From positions 2,067 to 66,066 of the IMG/VR virus record IMGVR_UViG_3300030090_002325: 64,000 nucleotides of DNA; one strand, given 5' to 3'. This document shows positions 15,848 through 25,900 of this stretch, in pieces. The number at the start of each line of letters is the position of its first letter. Positions within the stretch are counted from its first letter, which is position 1. The stretch comes from a virus (taxonomy: Duplodnaviria > Caudoviricetes). The notes beneath the pieces are model-generated. The model was not told where the DNA came from. It saw only the letters and a list, made by a program, of their open reading frames with translations, and did not search any database. A program made the translations under genes and the position numbers.

Positions 15848-16135
15848 ATGGATGATTTTTATGTTCCTACTGAACAAGAAATACGAGGACATAGATTACG
15901 TTCTCAACTAACACAAGGAGAAGCCGCTAAGTGTTGTTGTGTAGCTCAAGCTACATGGGCTAGGTGGGAAAGCGGAAGAAATAAAATGCCTCCGGGATTA
16001 TGGAAACTATTTTTAATTGAACTTAAATATAAAGATGATATTGAGGAAGTCGAGGAGGAATTACCTGCTACTTCATTAGATGAAATAACTGAAAATTGGG
16101 ATAAAGATTATTTAAACCATTTAGAGCGAGGTTGA
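15848..16135 (+). CDS. XRE-family helix-turn-helix regulator 2, acidic tail
   Basis: IRGHR..SQLTQGEAA...VAQATWARWESG; paralog of the previous gene. Confidence 0.9.
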   Translation: MDDFYVPTEQEIRGHRLRSQLTQGEAAKCCCVAQATWARWESGRNKMPPGLWKLFLIELKYKDDIEEVEEELPATSLDEITENWDKDYLNHLERG

Positions 16136-16136
16136 T

Positions 16137-16397
16137 ATGGAAAAAGAATTACTAAAAATGGACGGCTATAATGATTGCATAATGGGTAAAGTATCGGGGG
16201 CCGGGATGCCAGATAAAATATGTTACAACTATGAAAAAGTTATTAGGAAAAATATGGAGATGGGTATGTCACATGAAGAGGCAGTGGAGTATTTTGAGTA
16301 TAATCAAATAGGTGCTTACGTAGGAGATCACACTCCATGCTTTTTAGAAGATATTGTAATGCTGGAGTATGGTGAAAAAAATAACGATGAAGTTTGA
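16137..16397 (+). CDS. Conserved phage hypothetical protein
   Basis: DGYNDCIMG...EEAVEYFEYN..GAYVG..TP motif. Confidence 0.8.
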   Translation: MEKELLKMDGYNDCIMGKVSGAGMPDKICYNYEKVIRKNMEMGMSHEEAVEYFEYNQIGAYVGDHTPCFLEDIVMLEYGEKNNDEV

Positions 16398-16629
16398 AGA
16401 ACGTAAGTGTGCTACATGCGGTTCTGTTTACTATCATAATATTAAATATAACGGGGCTAATAGATATTGCCATAAATGTTATCTAAAAAGACGAAGGATT
16501 TACGAACAAAAAAGAAACAACAAATTTAACGCAATAATGAATAAATGTAGCGATGTTTATTGGCCTCACGTCAATAATAAATCTAAAATATTTGAAACGG
16601 GAATGTTTGGTTATAATGGAAATATATAA
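16387..16629 (+). CDS. Putative zinc-finger protein
   Basis: CATC...CHKC. Confidence 0.6.
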   Translation: MKFEERKCATCGSVYYHNIKYNGANRYCHKCYLKRRRIYEQKRNNKFNAIMNKCSDVYWPHVNNKSKIFETGMFGYNGNI

Positions 16630-18169
16630 AGATAAAGCATTAATAGTAAACACTAAAAACCCTAATAATATAATATCTGCTATACCTAAAAGTAAGATTT
16701 TAAAATCTTATGAAAACGGTGTGACACAGGTCGTAGTTAATTGGGGGATTGATGAGGTAATTGAATTATCTAAATTAGTTAAATTTCCCCCTTCGCCAAT
16801 TACTAAAGATTATAAATGGCCTGGTATATATAAACCATTTAATCATCAAAAAGAGACAGCTGAATTTTTATCCGCTCACAAACGTGCTTATTGTTTAAGT
16901 GAAGCGGGAACAGGTAAAACCTCAGGTGTTATATGGGCCGCTGATTATTTAATGAACAAAGGTAAAATTAGTAGAATGTTAGTTGTGTGTCCTTTATCTA
17001 TTATGAAAGCCGCATGGGAAACAGATCTGTTTAAAACAGCTATGCACAGAACTGTAGCTATAGCGCATGGGAGCGCGGAAAAAAGAAAAAAGATTCTTGC
17101 TCAAAATACAGACATTGTGGTTATAAACTATGATGGAATTGAGATTGTTAGGAAAGAACTAGAAAAAGGTGGGTTTGATTTAATTGTAGTGGACGAAGCT
17201 AACTACATTAAGACAGTAACCACTAAAAGATGGAAGTCTTTAAATAAATTAATTAATCCTGACACGTGGGTATGGTTATTAACTGGAACACCTGCGGCTC
17301 AATCACCTTTCGATGCATACGGATTAGCTAAGTTGGTTAGCCCTGTTTCTGTACCCCGTTACGCCGGTACATTCAAAGATATGGTCATGCAAAAGGTTGG
17401 GCAGTTTAAATGGATTCCTAGATATAATGCTCAGGATATAGTGTTTAAAACATTACAACCTGCTATTCGCCATACAAAAGAGGAATGCTTAGACTTACCA
17501 AACGTGTTGTATACATGCAGAGAAGTGAGTTTAACACCTCAACAAAATAAGTATTATAAAAAGCTTAAAAAAGATATGTACATGCAAGCGGCTGGGGAAG
17601 ATATAACAGCAGTAAACGCTGGTGTTATGTTGACTAAATTACTACAGGTTAGCGCTGGGTCTATCTATTCAGATGATGGTGAAACTGTAGAGTTTGATAT
17701 AAAAAATAGGATCACTGCACTTAAAGAGATAATAGAAGAAGCAAGCCATAAGGTGCTAGTGTTTTGCTCATTTAGACATAGTATAGACAGGATTAGAGAC
17801 GAACTAGGTAACAGCAATATATCTTGTGAACCCATACATGGAGATGTATCCATGAATAAAAGGTCCAAGATATTTGACGATTTTCAAAAAACTACAGACC
17901 CGCAAGTATTAATTATTCAGCCTCAAGCTGCTTCTCATGGGATTACTCTACACGCGGCTAACGTTGTAGTTTTCTGGTCTCCTGTAATGTCAGTAGAAAC
18001 TTACATTCAATGCTGTGCTAGAGTAGACAGAGCCGGGCAACGTAACCCTATGACTGTGGTTCATTTACAGGGTAGCCCCGTAGAGGAACGAATGTATAAA
18101 ATGCTGCAGGGCAAAATAGATTTACACACACAGCTAGTTAATTTATATAAAGAGGAGATTGGGTGTTGA
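16616..18169 (+). CDS. SNF2-family (SF2) helicase
   Basis: GTGKT, VVDEA, LTGTP, HGITL, RVDRAGQ; start probably the ATG at 16616. Confidence 0.93.
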   Translation: MEIYKDKALIVNTKNPNNIISAIPKSKILKSYENGVTQVVVNWGIDEVIELSKLVKFPPSPITKDYKWPGIYKPFNHQKETAEFLSAHKRAYCLSEAGTGKTSGVIWAADYLMNKGKISRMLVVCPLSIMKAAWETDLFKTAMHRTVAIAHGSAEKRKKILAQNTDIVVINYDGIEIVRKELEKGGFDLIVVDEANYIKTVTTKRWKSLNKLINPDTWVWLLTGTPAAQSPFDAYGLAKLVSPVSVPRYAGTFKDMVMQKVGQFKWIPRYNAQDIVFKTLQPAIRHTKEECLDLPNVLYTCREVSLTPQQNKYYKKLKKDMYMQAAGEDITAVNAGVMLTKLLQVSAGSIYSDDGETVEFDIKNRITALKEIIEEASHKVLVFCSFRHSIDRIRDELGNSNISCEPIHGDVSMNKRSKIFDDFQKTTDPQVLIIQPQAASHGITLHAANVVVFWSPVMSVETYIQCCARVDRAGQRNPMTVVHLQGSPVEERMYKMLQGKIDLHTQLVNLYKEEIGC

Positions 18170-18193
18170 CAATGTAAAGATGTATGCTATGCT
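18166..18193 (+). promoter_or_regulatory. Sigma70-type promoter
   Basis: TTGACA, 16-nt spacer, extended -10 TGcTATGCT. Confidence 0.65.
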
Positions 18194-18235
18194 TTGGTTT
18201 TAATCAAAACGAGGCAAATAAAGGTGAATGAAATA

Positions 18236-18700
18236 ATGACGAGTACCAGAAGTGAAGGGTTAAAAACAGTCGTAGAAATGATTGAAATAGAATCTATAAC
18301 TGGCGAAGACATTGAACGGCTGATGAAAGCCGATATTAAAATGCGTGATAAGATAGCTTCTCTTGAAAATAAAATAAAAACAATAAAAGAAGAAAGATCA
18401 CAAGTTCAAGCTATTCTTATAGAAGCTTGCCGGCACTTAAAATCTGATAGCTTTAAAAATAAAATTGGCACTCTTACCAGAAGAATTAAAAAGCGCTATT
18501 GGACTACAGACTGGCCAAGTATGTATAAGTTTATAGAAGAAAAAGGATTGATAGAATTTATGGAAAAAAGGTTGAATCAAACAAATATAAAAGAATATTT
18601 AGCTGAACATCCAGATGAATTACCACCAGGGCTACAAAGTTCTGCTGAGTATGCGATCAGCATACGCAGGAATAAAAGCTACGAGGAGATAGAAGAATGA
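18236..18700 (+). CDS. Conserved phage replication-region protein
   Basis: Coiled coil, then GTLTR...DW...FI...EKR...PPG; start uncertain. Confidence 0.75.
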   Translation: MTSTRSEGLKTVVEMIEIESITGEDIERLMKADIKMRDKIASLENKIKTIKEERSQVQAILIEACRHLKSDSFKNKIGTLTRRIKKRYWTTDWPSMYKFIEEKGLIEFMEKRLNQTNIKEYLAEHPDELPPGLQSSAEYAISIRRNKSYEEIEE

Positions 18701-19653
18701 CACAAGACTTAGATGTATTTCAAAATCAACCTACACAAATGGTTAAAAGTAACAGAGACGATGGATTTTCTCATACCATATCTGGTAGTTCTTCTACCAG
18801 CAAAAGAATTTCTATACGCAATAATTTATTTAGATTAATTATTAATGGAGAAGAAATAAGTAAAAGTAATCAACGACACTTAGATGTAGTTATTGTGAAT
18901 GCTTCTCCATCTGTGCATAGAATGTTTTACGCAGAAGCATATAGACCGGGGGCTAAATTATCTCCACCTTCATGTTGGAGTTCTGATGCTCAAGTTCCTG
19001 ATAAAGATGTGCCAGAAGCGCAACATGCAGACTGTTCCGGTTGCCCACAAAACATTAAAGGCTCAGGTCCTAATAATACTAAAGCATGTAGATTTAGTAG
19101 ACGCATCGCTGTAGTTATGGCTGATAATTTAGAAGGTGACATATACCAGATGACTCTACCTGCTCAGTCTATATTTGGAACTGGTGATGATACTGGTAAG
19201 CCACTTAATAAATATGCAGATTATGTAAAGGCTAATGGTGAAGCTGTAGGATCAGTAGTTACACGTATGTCTTTTGATGAAAATTCTTCCAGTACTAAAG
19301 TTAAATTCTGGCCTTTATCTAGATTAACAGACGAAGAGTTTGAAATTTCTAAAGGTCAAGGAGCTACTGAAGATGCTCAAAGAGCTATTACCTTAACTGT
19401 AGTTAAGAAAGAGCCTGAAGTAGATGAAAAAGATATACCAGAAGCTTTTAGATTAACAGACGAACAGAAAGCTAAAGCAGCTGAACCAAAAGAAGAAGTT
19501 GTTGAAGAACCTGTTAAAAAGAAAACGAGTAGAAAAAAGAAAACTAAAACCGAACCAGTTCAACAAGATTTATTTGATAAAGAAAAAACTGAAGAACCTG
19601 TACAAGATACAGGGAATGTAAGTCTTGATGATCTAGTATCTGATTGGGAGTAA
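18697..19653 (+). CDS. Putative ssDNA-binding / recombination protein
   Basis: RISIR, PSCWS...C..CP...GSG...KACRFSRR; acidic tail ending in DWE; lies in the replication module. Confidence 0.6.
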   Translation: MTQDLDVFQNQPTQMVKSNRDDGFSHTISGSSSTSKRISIRNNLFRLIINGEEISKSNQRHLDVVIVNASPSVHRMFYAEAYRPGAKLSPPSCWSSDAQVPDKDVPEAQHADCSGCPQNIKGSGPNNTKACRFSRRIAVVMADNLEGDIYQMTLPAQSIFGTGDDTGKPLNKYADYVKANGEAVGSVVTRMSFDENSSSTKVKFWPLSRLTDEEFEISKGQGATEDAQRAITLTVVKKEPEVDEKDIPEAFRLTDEQKAKAAEPKEEVVEEPVKKKTSRKKKTKTEPVQQDLFDKEKTEEPVQDTGNVSLDDLVSDWE

Positions 19654-19660
19654 AAATAGC

Positions 19661-19900
19661 ATGAGAGGTTATTCACAAAAAGTAATTAATGATAATAAGA
19701 AAGCTAGGCCGATAACGTCTGGTGTTAAATTAGGTAAACTATGTATTAAACTTATGTACCCTGTAGATAAGGTAGCTAAGAAATTAAAAAAATCTAGGCA
19801 ATGTGTTTATGATTGGTTTTGTGGCAAAGCTGCCCCTACTAAAAACAATACTAAAAAAATAAATCAGTTAATAGATGAATTAACTGCACAACTTAAATAA
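19661..19900 (+). CDS. HTH DNA-binding protein
   Basis: VAKKLKKSRQCVYDWFCG. Confidence 0.75.
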   Translation: MRGYSQKVINDNKKARPITSGVKLGKLCIKLMYPVDKVAKKLKKSRQCVYDWFCGKAAPTKNNTKKINQLIDELTAQLK

Positions 19901-19909
19901 TGCATCTCC

Positions 19910-22762
19910 ATGCATATAAAAGAATTTTTACGACATGTGTGGTCAGAGCAAGGGTTTTATTGCGTTGTAGGTAAAGATCAACAGAATATTATTCACCCTA
20001 AATTTGTCAAAACTATTGACGAAGTAGAGAGACAAGCGCTCAAACTTTTAAAAGATAAACAAGACGTTTATTTTGCTTGTTCTACATGGGTTGAACCTAC
20101 AGACAGAAAAAAACCTAATGCCAAAGAACAACGTATTTTATGGTTGGATATTGATTGCGGTTACGATGAAAAGAAACGCAAGTGGAAAGATTATCGAACT
20201 AAAGAAGATGCGTTAGTAGCTTTAAAAAAGTTTACTGAAGAAACTAAACTTCCCGCGCCTACATTAGTAGATTCTGGAAGAGGCATACATTGCTATTGGT
20301 CATTTACTGAACCTGTAGATAAAGTAGTCTGGCTTCCTGTAGCGCAAGGACTTAAATTTTTATGTGTTAAACATGATTTCTATGCAGACCCTATGTGCAC
20401 TGCAGATGTTACACGCATTTTACGAATCCCTAACACTAAAAATTTTAAAGACCTAGATAATCCGCAAGATGTTAAGGTTATAAAGATCGGTAAACCAACC
20501 CCATTTGAAGACTTAGCATCTATAATACCTGTGCAAGTAGTAAAAGAGTATACCCCTCGAAGAGAGGCGGACGCTGCTACTAAAGCATTATTGGGTAATC
20601 ACTCATCTAGATTTAGAAAAATAATTGAACGTTGCAAAATAGATGATGGCTGTGCGCAACTAGAACATATAATGACAAAGCAGCAAGAAATAGAAGAGCC
20701 TTTATGGAGATCCGGGTTATCTATAGCAGTTCATTGTGAAGATAAGTCAATAGCCATTCACAGTATATCCAAACTACACTCAGACTATGAATATGAAAAG
20801 ACTGAAGAAAAAGCTTATCAGATTCCCGCTCCGCACACTTGTAAACAATTTGAATCATTACGTCCTCCTGGCTGTAAAAATTGCCCACATAAAGGGAAAA
20901 TCACTTCCCCTATTCAACTTGGACGGATCATAGCCAGAGCTCGTGGCGCTGATAATATTATTGAAGCTAAAAGTGAAGCTTTAGACGAGATGGTTACTTA
21001 TCAAGTACCAGAATACCCATACCCTTATTTTCGAGGTAAAAATGGTGGGGTGTACAGAGTCATGCCGGATGATGATGAAGACGGTATTAAAATATATGAC
21101 TATGATTTTTATCTTGTTGAAAGGTTACACGATCCTAACTTAGGAGAATGTGCATGGTTTAAATTACATCTACCTAAAGATGCCGTTAGAGAGTTTATAG
21201 GTAGAACCAGTGAACTGATGACTAAAGACAAAGCAAGACAAATTTTAGTTGATATAGGGGTGATAGCTCATGGTAAGCAAATGGATAGTGTTATTAACTA
21301 TATTGTTACTGCGATTCAAACACAACAACGTACAAAAGAAGCTTCTCCTATGCATAAGCAATATGGGTGGAATCCGGGACCGGTTGAAACTAAAAATAAG
21401 ATTTTAATTGGCAACAGAGAGATAAGTGCTTTCGGTATTAAATACGTACCTATAGCGGATGAGTTGAACGAAGTTAACCCAACTCTACAGAAGCAGGGGA
21501 GCTATGAAGAGTGGCAAAAAGCGATAAGCATATATGAGCGACCTGGAATGGAGCTTAGGGCATTTGGTTTCTTTTGTGCATTTGGTTCATTACTTATGCC
21601 TTTCTTTGACTCCAGAGAAAAGTCAGCCGTTATTAACCTGTACCACCCAGAAACAGGCCAGGGTAAGACTACTATACTCCAAGCTATGACAAGTGTTTAT
21701 GGTAACCCTGATTTATCCGCTAAGCTTATTCAGTTATGGGGGGACACAGCTAACTCTATCGTGCACAGAATGGGGTACATGAATAATTTACCAGCCGCTG
21801 TAGATGAGTTTACAGACGTTAAACCAAGCGAGTTACACACATTCCTCAAGTTTATGGCAACAGGACGTGGTAAAAATAGGTTAACAAGCGGAAGCATAAA
21901 TAGAGAAAGAGCTAATGATACAGTGTTTAATTTAATATGTTTGGTTTCCAGTAATACTGATTTCAGAAGTGTAATGTTTTCAGACAGAGCTAAGTCTAGC
22001 GGAGAGATGGCACGATTTATTCAACTGCGAATAGAGAAAGATACTACTCTAACTAAAGAAGAAGCTGATACTCATTTTGGTAAATTGTTTGACAACTATG
22101 GTCATGCCGGAGAGATATATGCTCAGTATTTAATAGCTAATATAGATAAAGTTAAAAAAGAACTACAACAAACACAAAGAAAAATAGATAAAGAATTAAA
22201 TATTAAAAGTGAGGATAGAAAATATTCAGCTACTCTAGCTGCTGTTTTTCTAGGGGCTATCATATCTAAAAGTTTAGGTATTCATAACATACCTATTATG
22301 CCGGTGTACAAAGCTATAGCTAAAGAATTACGTAGTTCTAAAATAGATTTAAAAGAAAGAGATTTTGATGCATTACAAACATTAGGTAATTTTTTAAATG
22401 AATGTAAGAGTAATACACTTGTTATCAATAGTAAGATTGATTCTAGAGCAGGGGTATCAGAAGCTCCAATACTAAGACCTACACTTGATCTTAAAGTTAG
22501 AGTTGAACCAGATACTAATACTATTTACATACCTGTATCCATTATGCGAGAGTATACTAATAGTATTAAAGTAGATTATAATGATTTTATTAAAGGTTTA
22601 AAAAAGGAAAATGTATTAAGAAGAGCATCACAAAATAAAACTCTCCATAAAGGATTAGACATCAGCGCGCCAGCGGTTAGGTGTTTATGGATTGATAACT
22701 CCACATTTGAAGATATACAAACAGAAAACTTAGACTTAGATATTCCCAAAAATGTTAACTAA
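19910..22762 (+). CDS. Primase-helicase (AEP/RepB-like primase, Cys cluster, DUF927 P-loop domain)
   Basis: WLDID, SGRGIHCYW, RILRIP; C...CKNCPH; TGQGKTT; VDE. Confidence 0.9.
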   Translation: MHIKEFLRHVWSEQGFYCVVGKDQQNIIHPKFVKTIDEVERQALKLLKDKQDVYFACSTWVEPTDRKKPNAKEQRILWLDIDCGYDEKKRKWKDYRTKEDALVALKKFTEETKLPAPTLVDSGRGIHCYWSFTEPVDKVVWLPVAQGLKFLCVKHDFYADPMCTADVTRILRIPNTKNFKDLDNPQDVKVIKIGKPTPFEDLASIIPVQVVKEYTPRREADAATKALLGNHSSRFRKIIERCKIDDGCAQLEHIMTKQQEIEEPLWRSGLSIAVHCEDKSIAIHSISKLHSDYEYEKTEEKAYQIPAPHTCKQFESLRPPGCKNCPHKGKITSPIQLGRIIARARGADNIIEAKSEALDEMVTYQVPEYPYPYFRGKNGGVYRVMPDDDEDGIKIYDYDFYLVERLHDPNLGECAWFKLHLPKDAVREFIGRTSELMTKDKARQILVDIGVIAHGKQMDSVINYIVTAIQTQQRTKEASPMHKQYGWNPGPVETKNKILIGNREISAFGIKYVPIADELNEVNPTLQKQGSYEEWQKAISIYERPGMELRAFGFFCAFGSLLMPFFDSREKSAVINLYHPETGQGKTTILQAMTSVYGNPDLSAKLIQLWGDTANSIVHRMGYMNNLPAAVDEFTDVKPSELHTFLKFMATGRGKNRLTSGSINRERANDTVFNLICLVSSNTDFRSVMFSDRAKSSGEMARFIQLRIEKDTTLTKEEADTHFGKLFDNYGHAGEIYAQYLIANIDKVKKELQQTQRKIDKELNIKSEDRKYSATLAAVFLGAIISKSLGIHNIPIMPVYKAIAKELRSSKIDLKERDFDALQTLGNFLNECKSNTLVINSKIDSRAGVSEAPILRPTLDLKVRVEPDTNTIYIPVSIMREYTNSIKVDYNDFIKGLKKENVLRRASQNKTLHKGLDISAPAVRCLWIDNSTFEDIQTENLDLDIPKNVN

Positions 22763-22949
22763 CGGTGTTGATTACCAAATAATGTGGCCTGATTTTAAAC
22801 CAGGTACTTCTATTTTTATCCCTGCTATTGATGTTAAAGCTGCTATTAAAGCATTAAAAAAAGAAAGCGAACGTTTAGAATTTAAGTTCGTGCATAAAAT
22901 AGTAGTAGAGAATGGAGTAAAAGGTATAAGAGCTTGGCGGCTTAGCTAG
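22752..22949 (+). CDS. Small conserved phage protein
   Basis: PGTSIFIP...ENGVKGIRAWR; last gene of the + arm. Confidence 0.75.
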   Translation: MLTNGVDYQIMWPDFKPGTSIFIPAIDVKAAIKALKKESERLEFKFVHKIVVENGVKGIRAWRLS

Positions 22950-25900
22950 TCACCAAATAAAAAATCATATTCATCTTCATCATAGTCACTTTCTTCTATT
23001 AAACGATCTCTTAATCTTGGGTTTAGAGTTACACCATGTACAGCTTCAAGGGCTTTTCTATCAAAAGTTTTACGTGAGTTATTTAATGTTTGCCCCGTAA
23101 TTGCAATCTCAGGATTTTTCTTATTAAATTTATCTATCTTTTTTTGTATTCTATTCATTCCATTATTATCTCCAGCTTTAGTAGCAAGATAGTAATTTAA
23201 TAATAATTTAGTTCTCCAACCTTCAATTTTTTGCTCTTTGAATTTCATAATGGATACACGTTCATAAGCCGCACTTAAATCGCTATCACTGAAACCTAAA
23301 ATCTGCATAAACAAATTATAGGCATTTGGGTCATCCACTATCTTAAGTCCTTTTCTGGTAGTAGCTCCCTCAGTTGCAAATCGAAATGTTTTAATTTGGT
23401 TTCTAATCCACGTAGGAGTCATTTGTTCTAAGCCTCTCATAGTATTCCCATCATTTATATCTCTAGCTCCACGATCAATACCTGTTAATATTGACCAGCT
23501 TGGACCTAAGAAATGTTCTGCTATGTATACAGCTTCACCTACTTCTTCTCTCCGCCTTCTGTCAGCCCTCCACATTAACCCTCTGAATCCAGTTCTAGAG
23601 GCTATGTCAACATTAAAAGCAGCACTTAAGGGTCCTTTATAACCTACTTGACCTACTGATTGTTTAACCCAATCGTCTAATAAGAATGGATCCTCTTCAT
23701 CATCTGCTAGTAACGAAGCTAACATATCTGCAGCTCCGTAAAAAGGTAGCCCTTGAACTCCAGCAAACATATAAGCCATACCAGATATACCTAAAAGTTG
23801 TGACCTCGCTATATTTTTTTCTTTAGCATTTAGTTTTCTGTATTTACCACCACTAATATGGTATTGAATATTAAACGACCTTAGAAGAAGTTGAGATACT
23901 AAATATATTTGTGCCTGGGCAAATCGTTTAAAAGTAAAGGCTACTTTACCTATACCAGATTGAAATATTAAAGGACCTACTTCAGGTAGTGCATGTGAAT
24001 GAGCTTTAACTGTTAGCTTTATAGCTTCTTCTATAGCTACATCTTTGGATTTACCAGCTTCTATAGCTAAATCATAAGCTGCCACTAAAGTAAGTTCTCG
24101 GTTAGCTCGTTCTGAGTTTTTAAATGTCCAACCTAATGATTGGTTAACTAAGTTAGTAGTTCGTCCTAATTTGGTATCAGTATTAAAATCTATATTTTCA
24201 TGTATTAACCCACGAGTTAATGTCATAGTTTGGTCAGCTCTTTTAAATAAGTCTCCATATCTTTCTTTTTGTTCCGCATTAAAACCTTCAGCCATTGTGT
24301 AATCAGGAAGATCATCTGTTTTCCAACTTTCTTTTTTACGTAAACTAGCTTTACCTTCTATACTCCCATTAAAATATAGTTTTCTCGCATTATCTAATGC
24401 AGATACAGCCTTACCATAACCATAGTCCGCACCTAATACAGGCGCTACTACTATAGGCATCTGGGTTAAGTTAACAAAAGCTGAAGATAAATTACCTCCA
24501 ATGTACCATGCATAACTCAGGAATCCTGCTGTAGAAGCCCAACTTTCAGCAGTTGGGTTTAAATAGAAAGAAGCTCTATTATTTATAGCCTCATACACAC
24601 CCTTAGCATATCTTTTAGCTTTGCCTCCTTTATCTACATTTGTTTTTATTTCATTTAAAGCAGATTTAATATCAGGAAGATAGGTTAAGTCATTTATATT
24701 TTTTAGGCCTCTATAAGATGCGTTACCGTAAGCATATACTAAATCTGGTATGTAACCAGGAAACCCATGCCTATGTCTACCAGCAGCTTGAACACTATCA
24801 ACTCTAAATAAACTTAAGAAATGTTCATGTAATTTATCCTGCAAATCTTCTTTTACATCTGCAGGTATATTAGCTCTATCTAATGCATCTTGGGTAAAAT
24901 TATATAATTCTCTATTAGGCGCAGGGACTTTTATCGCCTCAGTTCGTGAATATGCTTCATTAGTAAACCTAACAAAATCTTTTTTAGATGCTGCTTCTTC
25001 TTTTAAACGTTCTCTTTCTGCTGGTGTTTGCGCTGCTATAACTACTGTTTCTGTTCCTTCATCGGTTTGTATTTCATAATCAAACCAATAGTCTCCCTGA
25101 CGCATAAAGGGTTGGTAGAACTCTAATTTTTTTCTTTTAAACTGTCGTCTTAAATAATCTACATCCTTACCAGTTAATTTCTCTAGCGCGTCTAAAGTCT
25201 CTTTAGCGCGTAGCATATAATTTCTATGCATACCTAACGCTAAGCCCTGAAGTTCTCTAGGTAATGTTTTAAATTCTTGTACAAGACCATGATCTCTATT
25301 TTTAGCAAGAGCTGGGTTTACATTTTGTTTTGATAGTTCAAAAGTTATCATATTCCATTTCTTTATTATTTCCGGGCTATACTTAGCTTCTATTTCTTTT
25401 ATAGCTTTCATTTGCTCGTTTAAGTTTTCTGATTTTTTCCATAAATCATTAGCTCTTTTTTCTAGATTATCCTGTAGTGATTTAACTCCTGGTAATTCAG
25501 GAAATAACTCTTGTATCTGAGGCAGTGAAAGAAATTGTATGTAATATTTTTGCGCCCATGAAGTTAATTTAGAGATCGTATCTCTTATACCCTGCATTAA
25601 CCCTTTACTAAAGACAGGTTGAGACTGAACAACTTGCCCTGAAAAGTCTATTAATTCTTTAATATTTTGAGGGTTAACTCTTTTTGTAGAAGTTTTAGAA
25701 GCATTGGGTATATCATCAGTTTCAGGTAGCTTACCTGCTTGATCAATAACTTTAACTTCTGTAGGCGGTCCTACTGATCTACGAGCAAATTTTAATCCCT
25801 GTTGTCTATCTCCGCTTAAAAATTCACTTAAAATAGGCGATTCTGTTTTTTCAGTACGTTTAAATCTTTTTGGAGTTTCTCTTCTTTCTGCCCTTGTATT

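Noticed and set aside
2408-19114. Minus-strand and alternate-frame ORFs in the + arm (e.g. 2408, 4064, 4814, 5721, 6713, 7849, 8971, 9640, 10871, 11481, 12814, 13777, 16243, 17665, 18899)
   Set aside because: They are shadows of well-supported + strand genes, with no convincing RBS or protein-like features.
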